From a virus (lineage: Duplodnaviria > Caudoviricetes), in IMG/VR virus record IMGVR_UViG_3300021962_008580, positions 1-54,709 of that record: DNA of 54,709 bases; one strand, 5' to 3'. Below the pieces are notes generated by a model. That model was not told where the DNA came from. It did no database searches and was given only the letters and a program-made list of their open reading frames with translations. Positions 1-9,461 of this stretch are shown in pieces; the stretch's first letter is position 1; the number at the start of each line of letters is the position of its first letter. Position numbers and translations under genes: made by a program.

Positions 1-417
1 ACGTTTCCAAAGATTATCGTTTGAATATCCACATTCTGTCTTTAGCCTTTCACACAATCCTACCAGATATTCTACTTCACCAAGCATCTTCTTTGATTGG
101 TTGATACCATAAGAAATCTTGGCGTGATTTTTCATCATGTCGCTTTCTTTAAAATTACGATAACGACTACGACCTTCCTCCATTACTCCAGAACCACGGC
201 GTATAGTAAGTGTTTCGCCTTCACCAACCGTAGTATCATCCGTGTCTTCTTTTCCAACTACTTTACCACCTGGCATAGAACGTTCTGCTGTTTTCTTTTT
301 ACTCTTGTGACCACGAAATGCGGCAGGAGTCATATATCCAGCAACAGCACCAGTAGCTGTCATTTCTTCAATGACTTCTTCTACAAGTTCACGAATGATT
401 TGTTTGGTGTCTTTCAT
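1..417 (-). CDS. Head-region hypothetical protein (3' end runs off the window; not in the ORF track)
   Basis: ATG at 417 and an open frame to the window edge, read manually: MKDTKQIIRELVEEVIEEMTATGAVAGYMTPAAFRGHK...NLWKR. It starts 3 nt after the stop of the 421..729 gene. Confidence 0.8.
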   Translation of the reverse strand, partial: MKDTKQIIRELVEEVIEEMTATGAVAGYMTPAAFRGHKSKKKTAERSMPGGKVVGKEDTDDTTVGEGETLTIRRGSGVMEEGRSRYRNFKESDMMKNHAKISYGINQSKKMLGEVEYLVGLCERLKTECGYSNDNLWKR

Positions 418-420
418 TGT

Positions 421-729
421 TTAACGTGGATATCCTTCAACTTTTTGTGGAAGATGTCCATACTTTTCGTTGAAAATATCGTATACCAGTCCCCAGAAAT
501 CTTCATCGTAGCTCGTTTTATATCTGACGGCTTTTCTAGCTTGTTTTTCATCCCCACCATTCATACCAACATACCAATCGGTTAAATTTTTGACAACTTG
601 TTGATCAAGTTCTTTCTCGGTCATGTTTTCGTTCGTGTCCTTCATCATGGCTGCATGATATTGAAGTTCCCCTTGAGATACTTCTTCAATGGTTTCTCTG
701 ATTAGTTGTTTGAGTTCGTTGCGTGTCAT
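421..729 (-). CDS. Hypothetical protein, head region
   Basis: 102-aa ORF, tightly packed and co-directional; N-terminus MTRNELKQLIRETIEEV. Confidence 0.75.
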   Translation of the reverse strand: MTRNELKQLIRETIEEVSQGELQYHAAMMKDTNENMTEKELDQQVVKNLTDWYVGMNGGDEKQARKAVRYKTSYDEDFWGLVYDIFNEKYGHLPQKVEGYPR

Positions 730-736
730 ATGTGTA

Positions 737-1612
737 TTATTTGATATTTTTTAGTTCTTTGATGAGTTCATAACTCAACATAAGAGCCATGATTTGATTT
801 TCTTTTACAAGGGTTCCTTTGGTGATTTTGTCCAACTGATTGAGTGTTTCATCAAGTTTGATTCTAACAACATCATTATCAATCTTGGTTTTTAATTCAG
901 AGATTTGTTTACGAACTTCTGGAACTTCGGCGTTGATATATTCACGTAGAGAGTTGGTATTGCTTACATTGTTGATATATTCACGAATAAGAACCTTTTG
1001 TTTGTCGTCCAATCCCTTGTATTTTTCGTTAAATGAATCGACCAACAACTTATAGGCCAACAGACGAACGTCTTCATTTTGCTGTTGATAAACCTTGACC
1101 AGATCCTTCTTTTCTTCTTCGCTGACAAGTCTTGTTGGGGTCTTTGATATCAACATGCTTTCTGTGATACAAGTACGAGCTTTGAATACTTCTCTTGGAT
1201 CACATACTACATCGTTTACGTTTTCTTCAAATACCTTGTATATACTGGCGAGAAGTTTATAGTTTGATATGCTTCCCTTCAAAAAGTCATCGATTGGATA
1301 ACTTTCTCTGATTTCTTTGATCAATTCATACTTTTGCTGATTTAACAGTCGTTCATCCAATTTCTTGCGGGTTTTGATTATTGTTTCAAGCAATCTGTCC
1401 GCAGAGAGTTGATCTTTGACCTTGTCTTCTAAAATGATACGATATAAGCGATTCTCTTTTCCAAGCTCGGTAGACTCGGTGAAATATTTACGAAGGATAT
1501 AATTGGCTTTAGACTCGTCTTTGCCAGATAAAATGTCAGCCGTTACCTGGCGGACCAAGAGCTCGAACAAAATTCCGGCGTTCTTGAATTTAGAATGCTT
1601 GAGTTTCTTCAT
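737..1612 (-). CDS. Hypothetical helical protein downstream of portal (probable head assembly protein)
   Basis: 291-aa ORF directly after the portal gene, preceded by the ATATTTATA motif; function inferred from position only. Confidence 0.65.
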   Translation of the reverse strand: MKKLKHSKFKNAGILFELLVRQVTADILSGKDESKANYILRKYFTESTELGKENRLYRIILEDKVKDQLSADRLLETIIKTRKKLDERLLNQQKYELIKEIRESYPIDDFLKGSISNYKLLASIYKVFEENVNDVVCDPREVFKARTCITESMLISKTPTRLVSEEEKKDLVKVYQQQNEDVRLLAYKLLVDSFNEKYKGLDDKQKVLIREYINNVSNTNSLREYINAEVPEVRKQISELKTKIDNDVVRIKLDETLNQLDKITKGTLVKENQIMALMLSYELIKELKNIK

Positions 1613-1622
1613 ACAATTTAGT

Positions 1623-1631
1623 TATAAATAT
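1623..1631 (-). promoter_or_regulatory. Putative late promoter ATATTTATA (representative copy)
   Basis: The + strand shows tataaatat 10 nt upstream of ATG 1612. The same motif recurs upstream of many other genes (see findings). Confidence 0.6.
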
Positions 1632-1666
1632 ATTATACAATGATAAAAACGACGGATTATATATGT

Positions 1667-3517
1667 TTATTCAGAAATGATGTTATCCTCGTCCATCATT
1701 GATTTCTCTTCCGATATTATTTTTTTGCTTGTTTTATTATATCTTTTTTGAAGAGCAGTTTTTATATTCTTCAAATCTTCATCCAAAGACAACGCAGATC
1801 CTCTATAATTGTGTCGTATAGATCTGTCCGATTTGGACTTTTCGTGATTTTCTTTGCTTCCAAGCGGATCTTCTCCAAAGTTCTTTTCGTGATTTGATGT
1901 ATACTTTTCTTTGTTTCCTGTTTGATCACGATTTCCACGTTCACGATCCTTGCGCGTTTCTTCTTCAAGAGGAGGAAGACCTTCTTCTCCCCCACCACCT
2001 TCTCCACCAGTGTCTCCACCACCAAGATCAGAAGTTTCTCCACCGTCTGATTTTTGATTGGTTGTGGCCGGGTCATTTCCTTCGTCTTGAATTTGAGTTC
2101 TACGCCATTTTTCTTTCTTATCTTTGATAATTTCATCTTCAAGGGATTCTACCTCTTCTGATGACATACTAAATAATTTGTTATAAATCCATTTTCTACT
2201 GAACATTTCGGCTTCTATCATGTCCGAAGCTACACTCATCTTTTCTTGCCATATACTGATTTTTTCTTGTTCAAAGATGGTCGATGGATTACTTAGTTCC
2301 AATTGGAAATCTACCAACGAAGCGTCTTGATATCCTTGTACATACAAGTGAACAATAGCGATCTTGGTCAGTTCGGACACAAGAATACGTTGAATACGTC
2401 CAATCGTTCTACTAAAACGAACGTCTTCTGCTGCTAGAGTAGCTTTACCAGAAATACTTTCATCATATCCAAGAAACGCCTTTGGAATCTTTAGAGCTGA
2501 CATCATCTTGTTGCGAACATATTCAAGATCGTCAATACCAGTAAAGTCCATACCGGGCAAGGTATCAATCTTGGTACCACTATCTCCACCACGAACTGGT
2601 AGATAAAAGTCTTCTACCATGTTGTTCAAGTTGAAACGAAGGTTATAATCTCCAGTACGTTCGTCTACATAAGGAACCTTCTTGACCTGAGATATTATCT
2701 TTTGCATCGCTGCATCAATCTCGGAAGGAGGAAGATTTCCAACATCGATCTGGAATATGCGTTTTTCTGGAGCACGCATGATACGATGGATTAACATAGC
2801 GTCTTCCATCAAGCTCAACTGCTTCCATACACGACGTGCTGGTTCAACCATCGACTTACCATATGGTAAAAAGTTACTATCACTCAACAATCTAAAATGG
2901 GCAATTTCAAAGTTTTCATATTCCATACCACCACCAAGACCGTCGTGTTGGAACTTTACATAATTAATGTTTTTGGGGTCAGCGCCTTCAACACGGGTAA
3001 TTTCGTATGGGCTGATTGGATGAACGAGATATACACCATATTCTGGAGAAATTTCCAATCTTAGGAAAAAATCACCATATTTGCACATATTACGGGTCCA
3101 AGACCACAAGTTGAATTCAACGTTAAGAATGTCATTGAACAAATTATCAAGAATTTTCTTTATGTTTTCGTTTTGAGAACGAATGGTTAGAACATTACCA
3201 AATTCACTCGGAACCAAGCATTCATCGGAGTATATATCCAAAGCTGAAGCGATGATAGGATCCATATCCATAACATCATAATCTCTGAACAATTCCAACC
3301 TAGCGGCCTGATAGGCCATCGACATATCACGGTTGTGTAGATTATATGTACTACTTCTTAAACGATTAAAACGATCACGCAAACTGTTTCTGTCGGTTGC
3401 GTATTGAATTTCATCCGTGTCTACTATCTTCAGGTTCTTGCCACCCACATTACGAACAATTACGTCCGTACTGAACATTTTCTTCAGTTTATTGAATAGG
3501 TTTTTTGTATCTGCCAT
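1667..3517 (-). CDS. Portal protein, T4 gp20-like
   Basis: gp20-type motifs LMEDAMLIHRIMRAPEKRIFQIDVGNLP, EDFYLPVRGGDSGTKIDTLPG and ALKIP; adjacent to the terminase gene. Confidence 0.95.
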   Translation of the reverse strand: MADTKNLFNKLKKMFSTDVIVRNVGGKNLKIVDTDEIQYATDRNSLRDRFNRLRSSTYNLHNRDMSMAYQAARLELFRDYDVMDMDPIIASALDIYSDECLVPSEFGNVLTIRSQNENIKKILDNLFNDILNVEFNLWSWTRNMCKYGDFFLRLEISPEYGVYLVHPISPYEITRVEGADPKNINYVKFQHDGLGGGMEYENFEIAHFRLLSDSNFLPYGKSMVEPARRVWKQLSLMEDAMLIHRIMRAPEKRIFQIDVGNLPPSEIDAAMQKIISQVKKVPYVDERTGDYNLRFNLNNMVEDFYLPVRGGDSGTKIDTLPGMDFTGIDDLEYVRNKMMSALKIPKAFLGYDESISGKATLAAEDVRFSRTIGRIQRILVSELTKIAIVHLYVQGYQDASLVDFQLELSNPSTIFEQEKISIWQEKMSVASDMIEAEMFSRKWIYNKLFSMSSEEVESLEDEIIKDKKEKWRRTQIQDEGNDPATTNQKSDGGETSDLGGGDTGGEGGGGEEGLPPLEEETRKDRERGNRDQTGNKEKYTSNHEKNFGEDPLGSKENHEKSKSDRSIRHNYRGSALSLDEDLKNIKTALQKRYNKTSKKIISEEKSMMDEDNIISE

Positions 3518-3591
3518 AAGTTTATCTGTATATATATGGGGCGACTAATATATAAATATACATCGGTAGTATTTTTATATACATAATATCG

Positions 3592-5229
3592 TTACTTCTG
3601 TATAAGCCACCGCAAATCCACCTTTTCTCCCCCACGAATATGCATTTCCCACGAATCTTTTGCTATTCCATATACATTATCTGTTTTACCTGTCATCAAA
3701 GGTTTAAAGTTGCTTTTTATATTATCGTTGGAGGAAGAACCTAATCTTGTTAATATAGTTTTCATTATAGTGTCGCTGTCTTTACGAAGACGTAATGCAA
3801 CGTCTCTGATCCATAGTGCTATACCCATTGCCATAACAAGGTCATCGTTGTATCCATCCATAGCTTCAGCTTTAGCACTAACGCCCGTGGATTTCCATAT
3901 AAAAACGTTAAGTTCTTCTACAAGACGGTTGCTATGAACTATAACTTCTTTATTTCTAAAATAACTTTCAAGTTTTGATATAACAAGTGGACGAGTTTTG
4001 TTGGAAGTTGTAAAGCCGGGAGTCATTTTTTTCTCTTGAGCGTTTATTTTGTTTGTCATCTGATTTTCAACGTCCACATATTGAAGATCTGATGAACTAT
4101 AAAACAAATTCTGATAGTTTCCGTCTATTACTTCTTGTATTACTGCCCAACCAACGTTTGCGTTTTCTATAACAAGTAACGCATTATTGTACTCAGTTGC
4201 CATTGTCATCAACGCTCTGGCATAATCCTTGGTAGGAAGCTTTCCTTTGTATTCTGCCACTTGTTCCATTGTTTCTATTTCAAGTATTTGAGCGGCACTA
4301 AAGTCTGACGAATCTCCGCGAGCAACGTCGGCTGAAACCATATACGATTTACCTGGTTCTGGATATTTGAATATCCAATATCCTTTGTCTATTCCACGCT
4401 TTTCAATAGGTTCACAAACGTGGGTTTTACTATACCACTCAAGAACGGGTATATCAACAACGGTGTTACCAGATGTACTAAATTCACAATCACATTCTTG
4501 AGAAGCTCCCTTTTCTCCAGATAATTTGGTTTGTTCATCACGCCATTTTTGATCACGCTCTGGGTGAAGATGCCAAGGTAAACGAATACGGTTCATGTCG
4601 TTCAAACTTTGCTCAGACTCTACCCAAAGCTTATGGAAGAAATTTCCTACGCCGTTTGGAGTAGAAAGAATAATTGCCTTACCGCCGGTGGACAATGTGT
4701 ATTGGGCAGACAACCATATTTCTTCAATACCATCAATAAACGCAGCTTCGTCAATGATTAACAGAGACAAGGCGGAAGAACGACCAGATGTGCCAGCACT
4801 GGATGCGGCTTTGATCTGAGATCCATTCTTTAACTTTAGTGATAGTCGATTGTCTTCCACCGCGGGAACCTTTAACCAACTTGGTAGATTATCATTTCCA
4901 AAACGAACCTTGGTAACAATAGCTTTGGATGTTTCCTGAGTAATGCTCAAACACAATATTTCTTTGTCGCTATGAAAGGTCATTAACCAAAGAGCATATC
5001 CTGCCACCAACGTGGTAATACCCATTTGTCTGGATTTTAAAATTATGTTTTGATTGTGTTTTACGAAATCTTCCAGCGCTCCATCTTGAAACGGAAATGT
5101 AAGAAACGGAAGCGTACCGCGAGTAGGATGTTGGATCTTCACATACTTCTTCATGAAATATATCGGATCCTTCAAGCACTTGGCGTACTCGATTTTCATT
5201 ATATCTTTAATGTTCTTAGTTTCCGCCAT
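3592..5229 (-). CDS. terL: Terminase large subunit, T4 gp17-like
   Basis: KSRQMGIT (Walker A region), LLIIDEAAF (Walker B), STPNG coupling motif, and nuclease motifs ADVARGDSSDFS and DDLVMA. Confidence 0.95.
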   Translation of the reverse strand: MAETKNIKDIMKIEYAKCLKDPIYFMKKYVKIQHPTRGTLPFLTFPFQDGALEDFVKHNQNIILKSRQMGITTLVAGYALWLMTFHSDKEILCLSITQETSKAIVTKVRFGNDNLPSWLKVPAVEDNRLSLKLKNGSQIKAASSAGTSGRSSALSLLIIDEAAFIDGIEEIWLSAQYTLSTGGKAIILSTPNGVGNFFHKLWVESEQSLNDMNRIRLPWHLHPERDQKWRDEQTKLSGEKGASQECDCEFSTSGNTVVDIPVLEWYSKTHVCEPIEKRGIDKGYWIFKYPEPGKSYMVSADVARGDSSDFSAAQILEIETMEQVAEYKGKLPTKDYARALMTMATEYNNALLVIENANVGWAVIQEVIDGNYQNLFYSSSDLQYVDVENQMTNKINAQEKKMTPGFTTSNKTRPLVISKLESYFRNKEVIVHSNRLVEELNVFIWKSTGVSAKAEAMDGYNDDLVMAMGIALWIRDVALRLRKDSDTIMKTILTRLGSSSNDNIKSNFKPLMTGKTDNVYGIAKDSWEMHIRGGEKVDLRWLIQK

Positions 5230-5614
5230 AAAAATTTAAAAATTTGTATCTAGCATATAATGGATGTGAATGTCCAATGTAAACAATATCTGGTATAGAA
5301 CCATTTACGCTTTTTCTGAATTGTTTTGCGGATAGGTCCAGTATCTTTCCCTCAATTTCAACCCAATCGTGGTTTACAGAATATTCATCTTGACCATCCC
5401 AATCGTCGCAGTCCATATACTTTTCAGCGTCTGGTTCGTCTAAAATGAAATTTCCGACTATATGCTTAGCGTTTACCCCGCGGGCATTCAACTCTTTGGT
5501 TAAATCCTTGGCAATAAGCTCGCACGCACCTTTTACATTTGGGTATTTTTGAATTATCCTCTGAGAAATACCAGAAATTATATTGTCTTTAGATAAGAGT
5601 TCTGCTAAATTCAT
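5216..5614 (-). CDS. Small protein with possible transglutaminase/papain-like Cys-His-Asp triad
   Basis: GACELIA...HDWVEIEGKILDLSAKQF; overlaps the terL start by 14 nt. Confidence 0.5.
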   Translation of the reverse strand: MNLAELLSKDNIISGISQRIIQKYPNVKGACELIAKDLTKELNARGVNAKHIVGNFILDEPDAEKYMDCDDWDGQDEYSVNHDWVEIEGKILDLSAKQFRKSVNGSIPDIVYIGHSHPLYARYKFLNFYGGN

Positions 5615-5640
5615 CTTATCTATATATATCTGAAATTTTA

Positions 5641-6522
5641 TTATATTGACGAGATATTCTCGCTTTTTATATCTCTAATACATTGGTCTATTTTTTCTTT
5701 GACCATTTCAAATGATATTTCTTTTGTGCATTCGAAGTTCTTGTTTCTGGGACACCACATCCATCCCATAGTACTCAATTTTAAGCACGTGTCATCTATC
5801 GTATCATCATTTAAACAACCATGACATACACTTTTGTTTATTACACGATAGCACCCGGCGTTAAATTCATTGGACTCTTCTGTACACCCGGATATTACTA
5901 TCGCTTTCTTTTTCATAGAAAAAGCAATCCAAGACAACCCCGAACTTAAACCCATAAAGAAGCTACAATTTTTAATCTGCTCCATTCTGTATTCAATAGG
6001 ATAATTTCCAGTTTCATTTATAGCACCCGAAGGAATATGATTCCATTTTACTCCTCCTTTACCAAACACCTCATCTCTATCTATAGCAAGAACATCATAT
6101 CCCAATTTTTTTAGGTATCGCACAACCTTATCCCAACCTGAATTATTATTCCAATATTTCATTTGAGCGGTGGATTGTACACTTATACATACATATTTTT
6201 TCTTCTTATTGAATTTTATTGGATTATTTGCTTTTAATTTTGGAATAATTTCCACATAATCCAAATCTAATTGCTTACATGCAACCTTTTGAAGATTGAA
6301 TCCTGGTTTGAACAACATGTATAATTTATGATGTACATCAGACTGAACATCTTGAGTTTTGGGTATAAATTTTACATTTTCATTGTCTGTATCAAATAAG
6401 TTATGCCATTTTGTTTTGACATATACCGTTCCGCCGTGCTTTTTTTGATACACATCGGGATATGGAGAAAACGCGATGTTATCTCCAAGACTTTCTGTAA
6501 CAAATTCTATTAGTGTGACCAT
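5641..6522 (-). CDS. TibC/Aah-family (autotransporter heptosyltransferase-like) glycosyltransferase, catalytic domain only
   Basis: SLGD, CISVQSTAQMKYWNNNSGW, FMGLSSGLSW and the iron-finger-type CHGC...CPRNKNFECT. Likely start is ATG 6522, a TAATG overlap with the upstream stop. Confidence 0.85.
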   Translation of the reverse strand: MVTLIEFVTESLGDNIAFSPYPDVYQKKHGGTVYVKTKWHNLFDTDNENVKFIPKTQDVQSDVHHKLYMLFKPGFNLQKVACKQLDLDYVEIIPKLKANNPIKFNKKKKYVCISVQSTAQMKYWNNNSGWDKVVRYLKKLGYDVLAIDRDEVFGKGGVKWNHIPSGAINETGNYPIEYRMEQIKNCSFFMGLSSGLSWIAFSMKKKAIVISGCTEESNEFNAGCYRVINKSVCHGCLNDDTIDDTCLKLSTMGWMWCPRNKNFECTKEISFEMVKEKIDQCIRDIKSENISSI

Positions 6523-7256
6523 TATATAATTGAAACTCCTCTTTGTCTTACAACTTTGCTCGCACATTCGTTTGCAAACTTGATAGACTGAATAATATCT
6601 TTACTTCTGCTATATTCTATAACAAGACCAGCCATGAACGAATCTCCGGCTCCAGATACATCTATGACATCCTGTTGCTCTACAGGATATCTGACCCCGT
6701 GATAATAGCAACCATCTTCTCCGCTTGTCTTGATGATTTTTTCTTCAAGATCTGGAGTTATGCTTGCCTCGGACCTGCTATATTCGTGATTATTGATTTT
6801 GATAAAAGTGACATTCTTTGCCCAAGGACCAAGAATTTTCTTTGTGTCCAAGAAAACAGAATTGTGATTTTTTGAAATGGTTTCTATGTCTTCTTCTGTA
6901 AGAAACCCTTTATCATAATCAGAAACAATAATGTGTTCATAATCATAATTCATGGAATCTATGTTTATGCGTTTGATTTCTTCGGCAGAATCCAATCTAA
7001 AAAACATATGATTGGTCGCCTTATGAATATATCTGGTTTTGGTTATATTGTACCAGTTTGGATTGGTTACTATATCACAATCGTCAACCATTGTCTTGAT
7101 GTTGCGATATACATTCTTAGCCATACCGGGATTGTCGTTTTGATCTATGATCTTTAGAACTGGTACTGGCTTATCTGGGCACATTCTGTTTGCGGAGCAG
7201 TATGCATGTACGTCTCTGCAACTATCACCGATTACTAATATTCTTTTTTTCATCAA
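6522..7256 (-). CDS. PfkB-family sugar kinase, HldA/RfaE domain I (heptose-7-phosphate kinase)-like
   Basis: ILVIGDSCRD, RMCPDKPVPV (compare RISPEAPVPV in HldE), VSDYDKG and DVSGAGDSF. Confidence 0.85.
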   Translation of the reverse strand: MMKKRILVIGDSCRDVHAYCSANRMCPDKPVPVLKIIDQNDNPGMAKNVYRNIKTMVDDCDIVTNPNWYNITKTRYIHKATNHMFFRLDSAEEIKRINIDSMNYDYEHIIVSDYDKGFLTEEDIETISKNHNSVFLDTKKILGPWAKNVTFIKINNHEYSRSEASITPDLEEKIIKTSGEDGCYYHGVRYPVEQQDVIDVSGAGDSFMAGLVIEYSRSKDIIQSIKFANECASKVVRQRGVSII

Positions 7257-8446
7257 AATAGAGTTTTCTTTTCAACAATCATAGAAGGTCTGGAAGAAGC
7301 GATAGCTTTTCTATATGCTTCAAGCATCTCTTCACCGTTCTTTGGTACGTATATTGGGAAAGTGACCATCTTCTTGAATCCTTCTGTAAAGTCCTGTGAA
7401 TGTGTAGGACCAGAATAGAATGGACCGCCGTCGGCAACAACGGTCTTTAGAATAACTGGACACTTATATTCTCCGTGAGAAATACGTTCGATATAGTTGA
7501 TATGGTTGATGATAGCGTCCGCAGCCACCAACATAAAGTCGTGACGTTCAATATAAACGACTGGACGATAACCCTCAAACGACATACCGATAGCCAATCC
7601 AGTCATCAAGTTTTCGGCAACTGGAGTTTCTATCTTCTTTTCATCCGGTACAAATACGGTGGTACCCATAGCGTTTCCATAAACGACGTTGTAACCAATG
7701 AAAACTGAATTTTGTTGTCCGATCTCTGTCATAGCCTTGATGACAGCGTCCTTGTATGAAATCTTTTCTGTTGTGATCGGAGGCAGAACTTCTGGAGCCA
7801 GATGTGGGAAATATTCCGCATCTGTCTTTTGCTTCATCTTGGAGATATCAATTCGTTCGTTGATACGAGCGTGAGGATATGTGATCTCGTACTTGTATCT
7901 TCTGACACAGCTCGGGAACATTTCCTCAAGTGACTTACCCCAACGAACAGTCTTTGGAGTTTCAACAGAACGGTTGTTGTCTTCGATGATGAATGTGCAA
8001 GGAAGATCAAAACCACTTACATATCTGGCAGCTTCAAATAGATGGCCAGAATCTTCTGTTCCGTCACCAACAAAACACCACACTCTTTGCTTTGAACCCT
8101 TCTTCTTTAGAGCAAGAGCGATACCGGCAGAAATAGCGGGAGTACCGCCGATGATAGCTGATGTAAAGAAGTTGAGCTTTCTGTCAAAGATGAACATGCT
8201 TCGTCCGTTGAGAATACGATCCTTGACGGTTTCTCTTGGAATACCAGACAAGATGGCATGATAATGGTTTCTGTGATTGGAGATGACATAATCACCTTCA
8301 TTCATTTCATTGAAGATATCAATAAGTTGGTCCTCGTTGCCACCGGAAAGGTGAAAAAGGAATGGAAGCTTGCACTCTTTGTATAGAGTTACAATCTCAT
8401 TCTCAAAATTGATCAGGTCTTGTTTGGTCAGGTTTGTTTTTTTCAT
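7253..8446 (-). CDS. Thiamine-diphosphate enzyme: E1-alpha-like domain fused to an E1-beta/transketolase pyrimidine-binding domain
   Basis: HLSGGNE, HRNHYH, ThDP motif GDG...EDNN, then ETPVAENLMTGLAIG and GPTHSQ. Confidence 0.85.
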   Translation of the reverse strand: MKKTNLTKQDLINFENEIVTLYKECKLPFLFHLSGGNEDQLIDIFNEMNEGDYVISNHRNHYHAILSGIPRETVKDRILNGRSMFIFDRKLNFFTSAIIGGTPAISAGIALALKKKGSKQRVWCFVGDGTEDSGHLFEAARYVSGFDLPCTFIIEDNNRSVETPKTVRWGKSLEEMFPSCVRRYKYEITYPHARINERIDISKMKQKTDAEYFPHLAPEVLPPITTEKISYKDAVIKAMTEIGQQNSVFIGYNVVYGNAMGTTVFVPDEKKIETPVAENLMTGLAIGMSFEGYRPVVYIERHDFMLVAADAIINHINYIERISHGEYKCPVILKTVVADGGPFYSGPTHSQDFTEGFKKMVTFPIYVPKNGEEMLEAYRKAIASSRPSMIVEKKTLF

Positions 8447-8447
8447 A

Positions 8448-9461
8448 TTAAATGTCTATCATTATTCTTCCACTTGAACCAGACTTCAACATTGAAACGG
8501 CAAGATTGATGTCTGACAAAGAATATCTATGAGTTACAAGGTGTTGAAGATTAATTTTATTGTTTTTATAAAGATTAATATATCTTGGGATATCAACGTC
8601 AGGATCAAATCCACCGGCTTGGGTTGTTCTGATGGACTGTCCGTTTGTGGAGAATAGTTTGCCTGGGTTGTTTATAGCCAAAGAAGAGCCAGGCTTTGGT
8701 TGTGCTACAAGAATGCATCTACCTTGTTCCGACATAGTCTCCAACAACTGTGAAAGAAGCTGTAGGATGCCTGTGGTATCTATGATACAATCAAATTTCA
8801 TCTTCTTGACAGTTTCTATATCTTCTTCCGAATGAAGGAAGGTTCCGCCATTCTTTTCGACCATAGACTTTTTATCTTTGTTGATATCCATGCCCCAGAC
8901 CAAAGCGTGAGAAAGATGGGAGGCGTAGATACAATTTAGACCAACTCCGCCGCAACCCAATACAAGAACTCTTTCACCAAACTTGATATTAGCATCTTTG
9001 TTTACTACGCTGAACCCAGTGGATATACCACAACCAAGAAGAGCAGCGAAATCGTTGCTGATATCTTGATCAATCTTTGTTATTCTGTTTTCTGATACAA
9101 CCGAGTATTCTGACAATGTGGTTATTTTACCACCAGACATACTTCTGCCATTCCAATTATATTGTGGGAAGTTAGCTTCAATACCAGATGCTTTTCTCCA
9201 ATGCAATACTACCTTGTCACCAACTTTGACTTTTGATACTCCTGGTCCAGTCTTTTCTACCAAACCACATCCTTCGTGACCGACAAGATGGGGCATAAAC
9301 TTCTCATTCCCCTTGAGCCCAGCAATTTCTTGTAGTTGTGCTCCACACAATCCACTTACAAGAACCTTTACAAGCACTTGCCCATATTCAAGATTGACTG
9401 GAAGATTGACTTCATCCACAACCAACGGTTCATTTTTCTTTACAAGTATTGCTGCTTTCAT
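8448..9461 (-). CDS. Zinc-dependent alcohol dehydrogenase (MDR family)
   Basis: GLCGAQ, GHEGCG, LLGCG and Rossmann GCGGVG motifs. Confidence 0.9.
   Translation of the reverse strand: MKAAILVKKNEPLVVDEVNLPVNLEYGQVLVKVLVSGLCGAQLQEIAGLKGNEKFMPHLVGHEGCGLVEKTGPGVSKVKVGDKVVLHWRKASGIEANFPQYNWNGRSMSGGKITTLSEYSVVSENRITKIDQDISNDFAALLGCGISTGFSVVNKDANIKFGERVLVLGCGGVGLNCIYASHLSHALVWGMDINKDKKSMVEKNGGTFLHSEEDIETVKKMKFDCIIDTTGILQLLSQLLETMSEQGRCILVAQPKPGSSLAINNPGKLFSTNGQSIRTTQAGGFDPDVDIPRYINLYKNNKINLQHLVTHRYSLSDINLAVSMLKSGSSGRIMIDI

Noticed and set aside
97-585. 162-aa + strand ORF
   Set aside because: It is antisense to two well-formed minus-strand genes and has no recognisable motifs.
3592-5229. Intein or intron in the terminase gene
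   Set aside because: The length and motif spacing are normal and no splicing motifs are visible.
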